DNA from: Macrostomum lignano
Taxonomy: Eukaryota
Direction of reading: 5' to 3'
DNA: 64,000 nt
Assembly (NCBI GenBank): GCA_002269645.1
Contig: NIVC01002086.1
Coordinates: 1 to 64,000, forward strand
Under the pieces are notes generated by a model, which saw only the letters and a program-made list of their open reading frames with translations, did no database searches and was not told the origin of the DNA. Shown piece after piece: positions 12,101 to 25,149 of the stretch; the stretch's first letter is position 1; each line of letters begins with the position of its first letter. Position numbers and translations under genes: made by a program.

Positions 12101-15100
12101 GAAAAAGTGTCAGAACTTTCCGGATATCCCTCGTACAATACTGAATAGGTTTTCACTTGATATATTGTAGAAAACATTCAAAATACTCGATAATTTCAAC
12201 AATTTTCTGCCTCTAGGCCTTCGCGGCAACGCAACCCCGAGAAAGGTGATGTCAACCATCACATTTTTATATTTTGCCTGCCTTATGCCCAGCATTGCAT
12301 TCGGAGTTCTGAACGACAATCAAACTGGAGGCATGATCAGTAAGTCGATTAAGGTTTTTAACTCTTTTTAATTCTTCCTTAGTGCTTTGGGTGACGTGAT
12401 GGGGGGGCCGTGGCCCAGTGGTCTAGCGCGGCGCTCTGGTGTGCCAGCCGCCCCGGCTCGATTCCAAGTGCAGTCACATTAATTTGGGGCTGAATTGGAA
12501 TCTCGGCTGGGCCCTGCTCGTGCAATTAAAACGCCCTTGATGGTCAACCTTCAAGGCGCAGTAAAGTGTACATGCTTAACGTCCAACGATAAATAAAGTT
12601 AGGGCCGCTGTACACTCCTGTGTGAGTGTGTGCCTGTGCGTATGACTGCGTACGTATCCGCGCGCTTGTGTGCCTGCTCAGGGGAGTCGGTGGAATGGGC
12701 GGATGTACTCGTAAAGCCTCTCACCGGTTGTGTGACAATGCCGCTAAAAGTGCACCAGGGTGCACACAGCCTCGCGGACGAGATAAAAAATGTACTTCTT
12801 TGACCACTGCAACAGCACAAATTTACAACGAAACCAATCATTTCAGCGGTGCAGCGAGTAATTCTATCGCAGAGTATTGCTGGCATCGCATTCGCACTAT
12901 TAGGTGGGCAGCCTCTGATTGTCATGCTGACTACGGCACCGCTAGCGCTGTACACGAGAAGTAAGTTAAATTAAATTGGGCTTTGTTTAGCATGAGATGT
13001 TGCAAGTAAAGCATCCTAGTTGGTTTTTTTGGTTTTATGTATCTATTTAATCATTCTTAGCTTAGCTATATAAAATAATAAAAATCAAAAGATAAACACT
13101 GGGTCTCCTTTCTATCGATTCGATTCTATTTTTACGGTAAAAACTGCCTCCTGAAATTTTGCGAGAAGAAATGTAGTTTCCCCGTCCTAGTTGTGTCGTC
13201 CTTGACTAAATGCACTCTGCTGACGATACGGCCAATACACGTTCCTTATCGGCCTCCATCTCATTTCTAATAAAGTCGACTTCAGCGTCCTTGTTCATAG
13301 GCCCTTGTCGTTGTATCTTTTACTGTCTGCATCAGTGTTTCTACCATGCACTGCTCTGAAGCAGAAGGACGCTGGAAAGTTTTCAGCTTCTTTTTAACAG
13401 TAAATCACCAAAATCTCCAAGTCTGGACTTCCAACTTTCAATTGAAGCAGGAATGCGCCTCACTGTAAATGTAATCACAAGTTAATTAAGCGAACACAAC
13501 ACCCGGGATATGGAAGTGCGGCCTCATTCTGTTTCAGCTGTCACTTGTTTTCTCCTGTGGTTCTGCTTTGCGACATTTGCTAGTCCAGTTAAGAAGTTAA
13601 AATACTTGGAGGCGTTTCCTCATTCTGACAAAAAAAATTCACCAAATTACTGCTTTTGTTTGTGCTGCAGAAAGTTCACCATTGGATTCGGTTTCCATAA
13701 AGACTATAGTAATAAGTACCGGATGCACTTTTTTGCCCGAACCGCGCACAAATGCTAAACTGCAAATTGGGGTTTTCCAGGGAAAAAATTTGGCAAAAGA
13801 TGGATGCCAGCAATAAAAAGCAGGTAAAGTTCTTCTCCACAGCATCAGTGCTGCATCAGCGATAATAATAAATAAAGGTCCGTTGCAAACAGTCCGAGTG
13901 GAACAATTAATAATAGTTCCAGATGGTTTCCCTGCCAACTGGTTTGCTACTTAGTACACCATGGAATGCCGCTGGTGTTGCACTTTTGCGGAATAAATAA
14001 GTGAAGCTAACTAAGATACTAAAAAGTTCTAAACTGTGCATAAATGCAGCAATCAATTGCCGAAACTGTATTCATAATTGCATCATTTTAAGTAGGTTTC
14101 AGTGTCATGGCCTTATCATGAGTCATGACACACCTACACTACAATAATTTTGTTGCAATGCAAACTTTCGGTAACTATGATATAGAAGTTGGAATGACCA
14201 AAGAGAGAATGCCAAAGTGGGAAAAGTGCAGAAGCACTTTATGCGAGGGCGGGCGTTCCAAAGTGCCTCTTCTACTCTCGGACAGGATCTTGTAGTGCTG
14301 AAGGAAAACTAGCTAATATGGTGGCAGGCAGTCGTGGGATCGAGTTTTCCGTTGGCTTGCCAGAGACGCGAGGCTACTAGAAATCAGTCGGCCCAGTGAG
14401 ATAAATACTACTCATGGTTCCTCGCATCTTAGCTTAGCTTCTTTCGCATCCTGTCTCAGTAGGCCTGGGCTTAAAAGGATGACCGAAAGAGAAGACGAAA
14501 GCCTTAATTTCGTACCCCGGTTCTATGCGAACTAAAGTTCGTTTTGTAATTAGCATTCAGATTATTGGCCGGGCAGTGGAAATTCCGCTTTCTATAGCTC
14601 TATCTCTGCCGAGGCAGACTTGCGCTGCAGCGTGTCAGAGTCCAGTGGGATCTTGCAGCCTAGTAGGCGATGCAGTGCCCGAAGGATGAAGGCTTCAACA
14701 GCAAGCGGCGGGATGAAAATTGGGCCAAAGTGCCACCTCAAGTAGGGGCTGAGTTCGCTTCCCTGGAGAGAGGAGGAGAGAGTCGATGCGATGATCCACT
14801 GCGGGAACCACTTTTTTCTTCTGAGGCAACCTGGCATGGGGTTCGAGATTCGAGATTATGGAAGCCTCGAGTTCTCAGCGCAGCGGTTATAACCTAATAT
14901 TTCTTTACGATGCCACTCGGGTTCCAGTGCGCGTTGGCTGAGAGAAGTGAAACTCGTGTCTAATGGCTTTTGCACTTGAGAGACCTGATGAGAATAGATT
15001 GGTATAAGTTCGGCAGGCACTAGAGAACATGGTTAGACACTAAAGAACTTCCTTGTAAAAAATCTTTCTACTTCGCCAAGCGTGAATTTCTGGTTCTTCA

Positions 15101-18100
15101 TTCCCTCTCTAAGTAAGATATTTTATCGGGTATCCACGATCTACTACAAAGGTCCAGGCTCGATTCCAAGTGCAGTCACATTAATTTGGAGCTAAATTGG
15201 AATCTCGGCTTGGCTCTGCTCGTGCAATTAACGGCCTTGAAGGCCAACCCCAAGGCACAGTGAAGTGTACATGCCTAACGATAAATAAAGTTCGGGCCGC
15301 TGTACACTCCTGTGTGAGTGTGTGCCTGCGTAGGAGCCCTAGAAGTTACCACTGTACAAGGACGCAACGCTCGTTTTCTAAGAAAATGAAATTAAAGGCC
15401 GAATTTAGCGTTACTGAGACGGAAAATCCACACAATTTTCCAGCATTTTGTGGACGAGTGGCTTCCTTCTGTTATTAAAACAGCCACATGAAGCCGCGGC
15501 ATTTGTGTTGTCCCAAAGTATAGCTTCGTAGGTTTATCTAATTTTCATGTAAATTTTTCGGGAATGCCATTCACTGGAGACTGTCAACCGGGCAATATTT
15601 CTCCAAACATACTGTTCTGATCTTAACTTCCTAACAGTCCCACCCGTAGGGAGACTACATCTCTAGTTTATAGCTAAAAAACTGAAGATTTCCTAACTTC
15701 TTATCTCTAACGTTACATATTTTGTTGGCGAAATCGGGCTTTAATATAAAATTCCGTTGAATGCGAGTAAATTTAGCATCCTGTAACTTCTAGTGGGCCT
15801 TAGTAACGTATCCGCGTGGGTTTGCGTGTGCCGCTTGCCTTCTCAACTGATGATGGTCGACGGTCTACCAACGATTCCGCAACCATTTTAGTTATATACG
15901 ATCTGAGCAAAGAGCACAAGCTGGACTTCTTTGCATTCTTCGGCTGGGTAGGCTTATTCAACGCATTCTTGCTGCTCCTATATTCAATGTTTGACCTGAG
16001 CAAGCTGATGCGCTGGTCAACTAGAAGCACAGAGGAGATATTCGCGCTGTTCATTTCGGTGGCCTTCACCGTGGACGCTTTCAAAAGCGTATATAGCAGT
16101 AAGTTATTTTAAATGTGGAACCATTTTGATCTAGCAATGATTGAATTTACATGTAGCTATCATTGGTCCGTGAGCAGACTTTAAAAAATTCTACTGCGAG
16201 AGCGCTACAACGGGAGCTGGCTCCGTTAGTAATTCCACCGTTGACGACGCCCTAGCAACGACAACTAGAGTGCTGGTGACAACAACTGTGGCGGCCGCTG
16301 GCGGCTTGTCGAACGTCACCGAAGCGTCGGCAGTTGCTGTCGCTAAAGTGTGTCATCGGGACACCAGCATTCTGTTTGTGCTGCTCTGTCTGGGCACCGT
16401 GTTCTTGTCGATGTACTTACTGAATTTTACTAAAACGTAAGCTATTTCCTACTTCATAGTTTACCGTTGTCAGCACAGCTCAGTTTTAAAGCATTGAAAT
16501 CATTTGAACCATCAAATGCAGATCAGTGTTAAAAACTCGTAACTAAGATTTTTACTTAAAAATCCCTTTGTACATAGCTCATCCATATTGCACGATAGAA
16601 AAATGTTTAACTCGTAAGATGACAGACTAGTTTCTTCCCGTTAAAAGAAAAGTGAATGCAATGAAACTTGTTGGCAACCTGTAGGTCAATTGCTACCTTT
16701 AGCCACCAACTGCTGGTCATCTATCAACAATGTCTTGCTGTTAACAAACGTGGTTTTAGAAAAAAACCAGCCGTACTTGGCTCACTACGGTGCAACGGTT
16801 TTAGAATTCCTACTAGCTAAACATATACACTGTATTGTCCTCTTGCAAAAGACGTGCTGTCAATCCATAGCTGCAAGCAGGTGTCAGTCTATTTTGATCC
16901 GATCGCAGAGCCCCAAATGCCCCCAACTGACTAACTAAATGACTCTAATTCCAATGCTGAAATTGCAGGCCATATCTAAACCGGGCTAAACGAGAGCTGA
17001 TCACTGACTTCTCCCTGCCCGTGTCAGTGCTGGTTATGTCCTTCTTTGGAACCTACTTGTTCCGCGATGTCTACCGTGAGCTCACTAATTGGTTACCATG
17101 AACAGTATTGGCAAGAGAAGAGAGCCTTGAATTTGTTTATAATTGCATTTTTCAGAGGAGAACTTTACCTGTAATCGTCAGCTGCATCTTGTCTTTGTGA
17201 TTGCCCAACCGCTGCCTTGGACAGCCATTCTCGGTGCATTTGGTCTGGCGATCCCGCTGTCCATGCTGTTCTTTATGGATCAGAACATCAGCTCGGCTAT
17301 GGTGAATTGCCCAACTAATAAGTGAGTCGTTTTCTGAGTTTTACTAAGCTTTTACTGTATCTTAGAATTATTGACACGTTTGGGCAGTTATTTTTGGAAA
17401 CGAACAAGAATCTCCTTTGCGTGATCAAAGCTCGACGTTTGAAGCTGTCGAGTTTCTGAGATTTCTCTCCCTGATTGCTATTTCTATTTTTCCCATGACG
17501 ATGAAACTTCAAAGGCTGCTCTATAGGGACCAGCTCAAAGTGCCACTTGCAACGACACCCACGCACTGGGATCAATGCTAATCAATTTGTAGTACATTTT
17601 GCGTGGGCAATTTAATTCATTTCGAATCAATGGCGATCAATGTCTGTTTTGTCAGGCTAAGATCCTTGAAGAACGCCGAAATTGTGTTTGTTTGCATTTG
17701 ATTTAGGCTCTGCATTATAATCAGTTTCTTGACCCCAGGAAACAAAGGACAATCCGATTGTCCCTGGAAATCATGGTTGCTAGAGATATGGAACTCAAAG
17801 CCCTTTGCAACAAACGACATTTGTGTCGTGCCAACTGAAACCAATGTCCACACCAAATGAAACCAACAATCACTTTTACCGAAACTGACAATCACCATTT
17901 CCTTAATCTACTAACACCATTACAGAAACCGAAAATCAATATCTACCAAAATCAACAACCAATAACCATTACAAAAACCAACAATCAACATCTACTGAAA
18001 CCGACAATCACCATTACCGAAACCGGCAATCACCATTACCGAAACCGAAAATCACCAATACAAAACCGACAATCACCAATACAAAACCGACAATCACCAA

Positions 18101-21100
18101 TACAAAAACCGACAATCACCAATACAAAACCGACAATCACCAATACAAAACCGACAATCACCAATACAAAACCGACAATCACCAATACAAAACCGACAAT
18201 CACCAACTACCGAAACCAAAAATCACCATTACCGAACCTGCTAAGAATAAAGCGTATTTCGTCGTAACATTTTTAACCCTCATCAACAGGCTTCGCAAAG
18301 GCTCAGCCTACCACTGGGACCTGATGGTAGTGGCCATCATCAACGGCTGCCTGTCCTGTTTCGGGCTGCCCTGGGTGCACGGCGCTCTGCCTCATTCGCC
18401 GCTGCACGTGAAGGCGCTGGCCGACCTAGAAGAGCGAATCGATTTTGGCCAGCATGTTCACCAGACGTAAGGCTCTACATTTTGACAAAAATCGATTCAC
18501 TGTATATTCGTTTAATTAGGCAGTAAAAATGTCTTTAGCAGGCATTCATCAAGGTCATAAATTAGCCGCAAGCAGTCGAAAAGACTTTTACAGCAAAGTT
18601 GAGACTGGTAATTCGGTATTTCAGTTACCTGGCATTTGAGATTGAGACGTTTACTGCCCTAACTGCAATGAAGCAGCTGCCAACCATGCAGGGAGGTCAA
18701 TATGAGGTCATGTTTCTTTTAGAAAAGCATTAAAAACAAGCAGTGGCGGCGCAGGGGAGGGGGGCAGAGGGGCTGCTGTCCCCGGGTGACCACCCTCCTA
18801 CCCCCTGTGGGTTGACCACCCTCCCACCCTCCCATCCCTCCGTGGGGTGGGGGGGGGCATCACAAACCCGAAAAATCACACCTCTAAAAAGCGCTTTACA
18901 TCACAAACCCGAAATATCATAAACCCGAAATACCATACATGACTCCGAAAGTTCTAGCAATGTACAACCCTATTTTGGTCTTTGGAGTTATGATATTTCG
19001 GGTTTATGATGGGAAGTGCTTTTGGAGTTGTGATTTTTCGGGTTTATGACGGCAACCCCGCGGGATGACCCACAATAATTTTATTTTTTTAGAATAGTAC
19101 GAGCTCGTTAGATGCGTCTTTGTGAGTTTTTTTGCAATCGAACCCTATCGAACCCGGTGGCTCCAGAGCAACCAGTTGCTAACCTCCGATATTCCCATTG
19201 ACATTTGCTCGAATTCTGCCGTCTATGGCCCGATTTTTAGTCACTCTGAAAATCCCCGATATGGCTGATCAGAGGAGAAAAAGAGTCGTCGACTCAGGAC
19301 GATCAGAGTCGTTAAGATAGAAAAGCAGAAAATTTAGACTGGGTCCTAGGAAAAGCATTTCTTGCATATTAATTATGTAATGTCACCTAAAAGAAACAAT
19401 TATTTTGCTGTAGATAGGAAAACAGAACAGGCACAAACAAACGAATCTATGAAGTTGGAGCAGCAATGAGTTATTTCAGCAATGAGCAGATAAAATTTAG
19501 TAAAGAAAACAGACTGACAGTTCAGCTTCACGAGAGAGACTTATTTCTGTCTCTTTTTTGCTCTCCACCATAGACTCAAGAACACAGATTTTATCAGAGT
19601 CTTCGACTTTATCTACATGTACATGGTCCTATCGGTTAGGCTCGGGATGAACGTGAATCTGGGGTTAGAATTGTCTATGGCCGCTCTGCAGCCAGTGGGT
19701 TTTTTCAGAGTGCTTTGGATTTCAGGCGGAGCTTAAGTGGCTAATCGGAGGACTGAAAACAAGCTAAAACTTGCGCTAAGATCTGCAGCTCTAGAACGGG
19801 CATGTAAAAAATCGAATGTGCCAACAGAGAATTAGGCTAGTATAAAAGAGCCTTATGCTGCCAGTAATTACCATGAGTAACAATCGGATTATACCCTCAA
19901 ACTGCTGACAGGGTGGTCAGAGTTCGCGAGACTCGCGTCACGGGCATCGTTTCGAGTCTACTGATTGGTCTGTCCCTGCTGATGTGCCCGCTGCCGTTGC
20001 AGTTCATCCCAGTGCCAGTGCTGGATGGCCTCTTCATCTGCATGGCCATCACGGCTCTGATTGGGAACCAGCTGTTCGAACGGACTCTGCTATTGTTTAC
20101 GGAGCAGGTATGGGGGAGAGTGTTATGCCGGCTATTCAGCAAGTTAATTAATGGGCTGCACACACACGGAGCATCGCGTAGAATAGACGTTTTTACTGCC
20201 TCGTATACACACTGTAGTTTGGACAAATAATATGGTTTGCTCAAATAATAAACAAGAAAGCTTGCATTCAGTGTGAGAGTTCGATATGCGTCATCCAGTA
20301 ATAACAGGATTTTACTTTATGTTAAAAATTATAATACACGCCAGAAATAATCATATACTCGTGTAGTTGTACATTATAAGCATGGAAAATTTAAGGCTAA
20401 AGGACGGTTTTACACTCGCATATGGAGGAAATTTCGCTGCATTAAAGAGATAGAAAGTTATCTCAGATTTTTAAGTAAACATAAAAATTCTCCAATATCA
20501 TACCAATTCTGGACTTTCAATTGCAAATAAACAAGTGTTACAGGTGTAATTTTGCCTAGTTACTAATGCCACCAAGGTGTACTACTAGGGCTAAACTTCT
20601 CTCTATTAAGACTCCACTAATTGTACTAAGTTTATTATTTCTAACCCTAGGAATCCTAATAATTATGGCTATATGTATGGGTTATCGTCAGTACGAGTTA
20701 CCCTGGTAGCTCCAGTGCCACTGCTGACTACTATATTAATTACTAATAGATTTATACTAACTGAAACCTCTCTCTATTGGCTCGCGTTACATTCGTTTAA
20801 ACAAACATTTAGTTGAAAAAACAAATTATTCGACTCGTTAAAAAGTTACTACGTTAAAACAAATATCATATTAAAACAAAATATTCGTGTAACTGTTATT
20901 TGGCGGGAATTTGACTTACAAAAATGTTAATATTTTCTTTAGAACAAAATATAAGCCTTACTGCACAAGTGATTGTTTTGTTTTTGCTCACTATAGTGTT
21001 GATTTATAAGTTCAATAAGTACTTTGAAAACTTGTTTCAGGCCGCCTATCCGCCCTCTCACTTTCTGAGGCGAGTGCCGCAACGCAAGGTGCACATCTTC

Positions 21101-22611
21101 ACCTGCTTGCAACTGCTGCAAGTGCTAGTTCTGTGCGCTTTGGGTTTTAACAGCATTGCCTATGCTAAGCTGGGATTCCCAGTCATTTTACTGCTGCAGA
21201 TGCCTGTCAGGTGAGTGCAGAATTAATTACAGAGAAATGCAGTAAGCGCTTATAGTTTACTTTACTTACTCGCCAGGTTAATATTCAATATAGCTATCGG
21301 TATAACTTGTTTTAATTGTTTTTTGCATTTTAAGACCCTCGTCGGTCGAAAGTGTGAGTAGCAACAAACGTAGCAATAAATATATTGTATATCATATATT
21401 ACATCGATCTTTATATAATTATTACGTATGGGCACTTCGGAGCGGAAGTGGATGGGCTGGGAGCGTTTACGGACACTCGTCCAGAGCTACGACAAGAGGG
21501 AGGTGCGGACAAGTGTACAGACACTTGAGAGGTGAACACGGCTCTGGAGGCGTACAGACACTTCGCAGATCCGAGTTAAGACTGCGACGGGAAGGAAAGA
21601 ATTCAGAAGTAGATAGGGATAAATAAATAAAGAGTAACACTTTCTTACCTGGAGAGGTTACTCGATGCGCTCATGAACGGCTGACTTCGCTTCGCTTCTT
21701 TGTAGAATTCTATATTTCTGATGAATATCTCACCTTTCTTTCACTAACTTAAGCACGCGAAGGACTATAGAGGGGTTCAGGGAGAGTAGTGCGTGCACAT
21801 TAATACTGCACACGGTGGGGTGAGAGCAGGGCTGGGGGTTGGGGCAAAGTCACACAGGGCTGGGGGTTGGGCCAAAGTCACATAGGGCTGGGGGGTTGGC
21901 GCAAAGTCACACAGGGCTGGGGGGTGGGGGCAAAGTTACACATGCAGGGGGGGTTGGGGCAAAGTCACACAGGGCTGGGGGTGGGGGCAAAGTTACACAT
22001 GCAGGGTTGGGGCAAAGTCACACAGGGCTGGGGGGTGGGGGCAAAGTTACACATGCAGGGGGGGTTGGGGCAAAGTCACACAGGGCTGGGGGTGGGGGCA
22101 AAGTTACACATGCAGGGGGGGTTGGGGCAAAGTCACACAGGGCTGGGGTTGGGGACAAAACTCACAGAGTTGAAGGGCGAGAGAGAAAGAAGGAGGGAGG
22201 CTAGCCAATCAGGAGCCTCCACGGCTAGAGACCTGATTTGGACTAGCCCAAACGAGAGAGAAACGGAAACGGGATCCAGCCAATCAAAATGCAAACTACG
22301 ATAAAACTAAAATGACAACAAGAATGGCGGAACAACAAGAAAGACATTGGGCAGATCAGGATGAGCAAGCGGAAGGGAGAGGAGAGGTGGAGCCGGTTGG
22401 GACTCGGGGCAAAGGGCATTGTGAAGCGCAGCTCGCAATTAACATTTACGTATAAATTGTCATGATATGATATAATCGTAAAGCTTTGTTGAATGATAGC
22501 TATGTTATTGAACAGGAGTACAAGAAGCTTTCATCTAAAAATTTCAGACACCTTCTAATACCAAAGGTAATCAATGAAAACTATTTGGACGCACTGGACA
22601 AACCAATGTGA
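9123..22611 (+). CDS. SLC4A11: SLC4A11-like (BTR1/NaBC1) solute carrier, about 846 aa, 17 coding exons
   Basis: Exons assembled by hand with GT-AG sites and matching phases: 9123-9279, 9909-9946, 10039-10300, 10391-10475, 10577-10700, 10802-11011, 11624-11705, 12217-12339, 12847-12960, 15892-16098, 16178-16436, 16969-17075, 17156-17321, 18290-18466, 19912-20107, 21041-21210, 22548-22611 (2541 nt). Family motifs: [113 protein letters not shown], and the terminal [15 protein letters not shown]. The first two exons are less certain. Confidence 0.93.
11741..12133. mobile_element. Tc1/mariner-like MITE, TA TSD, in SLC4A11 intron 7
   Basis: TA|CGAGGCATGGCCGGAAAGTTCGGACAC at the left end; GTGTCAGAACTTTCCGGATATCCCTCG|TA at the right end. 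Confidence 0.65.
12401..12660 (+). mobile_element. tRNA-derived SINE, near full length, in SLC4A11 intron 8
   Basis: A box TGGCCCAGTGG (12411) and B box GGCTCGATTCC. The body is shared with copies at 15155-15330 and 8700-8870. Confidence 0.7.
14291..15148. mobile_element. Probable solo LTR (858 bp) in SLC4A11 intron 9
   Basis: Perfect terminal inverted hexamers TGTAGT...ACTACA around GC-richer non-coding sequence. No TSD found; a SINE fragment abuts the right end. Confidence 0.45.
15155..15330 (+). mobile_element. 5'-truncated copy of the same SINE family
   Basis: Near identical to 12455-12640 (ggctcgattccaagtgcagtcacattaatttgg...gggccgctgtacactcctgtgtgagtgtgtgcctg). Confidence 0.75.
17945..18235. 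repeat. 21-bp minisatellite (CAAAACCGACAATCACCAATA) in SLC4A11 intron 13
   Basis: Period of 21 seen directly (18061 to 18082). Confidence 0.9.
21430..22445. mobile_element. About 1-kb GC-rich insertion in SLC4A11 intron 16 with an internal G-rich tandem array
   Basis: TTACGTAT direct repeat at 21422-21429 and 22446-22453 with a sharp GC contrast to the flanks. No TIRs or TG..CA ends. Confidence 0.4.
21832..22155. repeat. G-rich minisatellite (GGGGCAAAGTCACACAGGGCTGGGGGT alternating with a variant unit)
   Basis: Multiple G3-G7 runs per unit. Confidence 0.9.
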
Positions 22612-23486
22612 CGGCTGATTGTAAATCGCAAATTGTGAAACAAAGTTTCCTCCTTTAGATAATTATATTTCTTAACGGAAAGTCTCATGACTAAGTCTCA
22701 GATCTCAATGAATAGCGCATTGATTGTTGATTAGTCATTTGTTATTTATCGTTTGTTCCCGTGAAAGTGCGTCTTTAGTCTCTAAAAAACTCCTTGATGT
22801 CAGTGTTTTTCATTCCTTTGTCCCTATAGTCAATATAATGTGCAAATGTTTTTGTGTGATGGATCTTTTTTTGCTAGTAATTTCGCAACCAGTTTCTCTT
22901 TAGTTTCGTATTTTTAGTCTAACTAACCAGAACAGTAGTACGGACTGTTGCATAGATATATTTTTTCCTAAGTTTACTACTTTAAATGTGCATGTAGGTT
23001 TGATGGTTAGTCTAAGCAAAATTCGAAATATTTTTCACTGGACAAACAGCGCCACAAAGTATAACAGCGTAGCAACTGAATAACGTTTTCTCAAATCTTG
23101 TTTGTGGAAAAGCGCGCAATCATTTTTTTACTTGTTTACATGTTTCTCAGCAACAAACTATAGCTCCCATTTTTATTTTATTGATTGACAAGAATCTATC
23201 TAAAGTTTTACACAATTTGTTTGAACAGAATCCTAATCTTAAGCATATATATTTTATTTTCATCTAGTAGAAAATTATTTTGTATCAGCGTGGCAAAAAA
23301 TTGATAGAGGAAAACACGTTTTAAAAACCATAGGCAAACTAATTTTTTTTGTTTTTTGTGGTCTCTCTGCCTGCTCCAATATAATATAAAAAATAAATAT
23401 CATATTTGAAAAGCACGCAAAATTAAATGGCAATAGCTACAATTTACTCGGCTGATTTTAAACAAAGAGTTCTGAGATCTTGCTAC

Positions 23487-24377
23487 TGAAGTAGACGCCG
23501 TTGGCTTCCCGGTTTAGGCACTTTAGTTTATCTTAAGTCTCGAGCCTCTCGGAAGCCTTTTTAGCTCTTAGTAGCGTAGGTAGTGCTGCCACCAGTTCCT
23601 TCAGGTCTCGGCCTTCGGTGAGGTCAGCTTCCCGTCGGAACGAAAGAAGTAAGTCAACGAACTCAGCAGCGTGTGCATATTTGCAGCTCAACGTACTGGG
23701 CGTCTCGTCAGCAGATGCTGCCGGGCTCGATGGGTGGATGGGAGGGCTGTGTTAGCCTCTCGTAGGCTTGGGGTTGGCTTAGGTGGGTCTCATTCAGACC
23801 AATAGCAATGGGTCAAACGTACTCAGACACAGAACAGGCGTTCGCGCACTGAACTCGGAAATTTGAAGCCTCCTTGATTGAAGCCTCCTTGATTGAACCA
23901 AGGGTGAAGGGGGTCTGCATTTATAGCGCGGGATTCACCACTGCCCTAACGCACAAGACCTCGTGACTTTGTTCTATTTTTAGAACTGACATCACTGGGG
24001 CCTCCAGGCAGAGTGCACACGGCTGTGACTCAGTGTCTATTTTTAGAAACATGAGTCACTCCTCTTCTTATAGAGAAGGGAAGGGCCTTAGGTACGTGAT
24101 TCTCCCGTAAATACAGACCAGCGAGTGCAGTAAACATGTTTACTGCACTTTAGGACTCCAAGAAAGCAAGATCTGTCATGTGACTTGCTCACGTTTCAGA
24201 AAACGGGCAGAAAACGGGCGCAGAAAACGGGCAGAAAAGGGGAAAGGGGCAACGAACAGACCGACAGAAGGGAGGTGGGAAGCTGACCAGCGGCAGACAG
24301 CAACCCAGGGCGAGGGCGAGGGCGAGGGAAACTGCTGACTTAGTGCGACGCCTAAAACCAACTAGCGGATCACTACA
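23487..24377 (-). mobile_element. Solo LTR, 891 bp, 4-bp TSD
   Basis: Starts TGAAGTAG and ends CACTACA. CTAC is duplicated at 23483-23486 and 24378-24381. A TATAAA-like box reads on the minus strand near 23920. Confidence 0.75.
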
Positions 24378-24427
24378 CTACTTTGTTTAATAAAACGACA
24401 TATTTTAGGACCTGACTGATTTGAAAT

Positions 24428-24681
24428 TAAAATCCAGAGAAAAAAATTGATTGATTGATTAACTGATTGATTTATTGATTAGTTAGTTAATTGATTTATT
24501 GATTCATTGATGAATTAGTTTGTTGGTTAATTGGTTGATTGATTGATTGATTGATTACAACTGTACTTAATTGATTTATTGATTCGTTGATCCATTGGTT
24601 GGTTGAATGCTTGATTGATTGATTGATTGATTCATTGATTGATTGATTGATCGATCGATTGATTGATTGATTGATTGATTC

Positions 24682-24712
<31 letters not shown>

Positions 24713-24735
24713 CATTAATTCATTCATTGATTGCG
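24428..24735. repeat. (GATT)n microsatellite
   Basis: Seen directly. Confidence 0.9.
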
Positions 24736-25149
24736 CGGCCCAAGCTTAGGCTAATAAGGAGAGAGAGTTATTTGTCTGGATGATAGACACGATGCATGCG
24801 GTACCGTATGTATATCTGCACTAAATTCTACTCAAGAATATTATCAGAGAATCTGAGGAGTATCGAAACAACGACAAAGAAAGGACAAGATTCCATCCAT
24901 CATGCTGTATATGGTCACTCGTCAAAGGATTCCCTCCCTGCTCATCGATGAAGCTTTAACCCAGAATGGCACAGCACAATTCAGCAGAAGGAGCAGACCG
25001 CATCTGAAAATCACAAGACAGTTCTGCGGCAGTGCAAGTCCAAAAACCCGACCTCGCGTTAGTGTTAGTTTAGATTTAGTACAGCCGACTGGGGCAGTCG
25101 AAAGCTCAATTTGTCGAGTGAATAAGAAACAATGAGTTGAAAGGGCAGA

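Noticed and set aside
12401-12475. Functional tRNA gene
   Set aside because: The anticodon arm is shortened, acceptor-stem pairing is absent, and it continues into a repeated body, so it is a SINE head.
13150-13400. Coding-like minus-strand text faintly resembling a transposase C-terminus
   Set aside because: Broken by stops and with no diagnostic motif.
17857-18267. TKPTITN mucin-like ORF
   Set aside because: A 21-bp intronic repeat lying between phase-matched SLC4A11 exons.
18741-19080. CAGTGGCGG-start MITE with internal inverted subrepeats
   Set aside because: Only one terminus was found, so boundaries cannot be supported.
24902-25135. 77-aa plus-strand ORF as a candidate SLC4A11 terminal exon
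   Set aside because: The true terminal exon with the family motif was found at 22548-22611.
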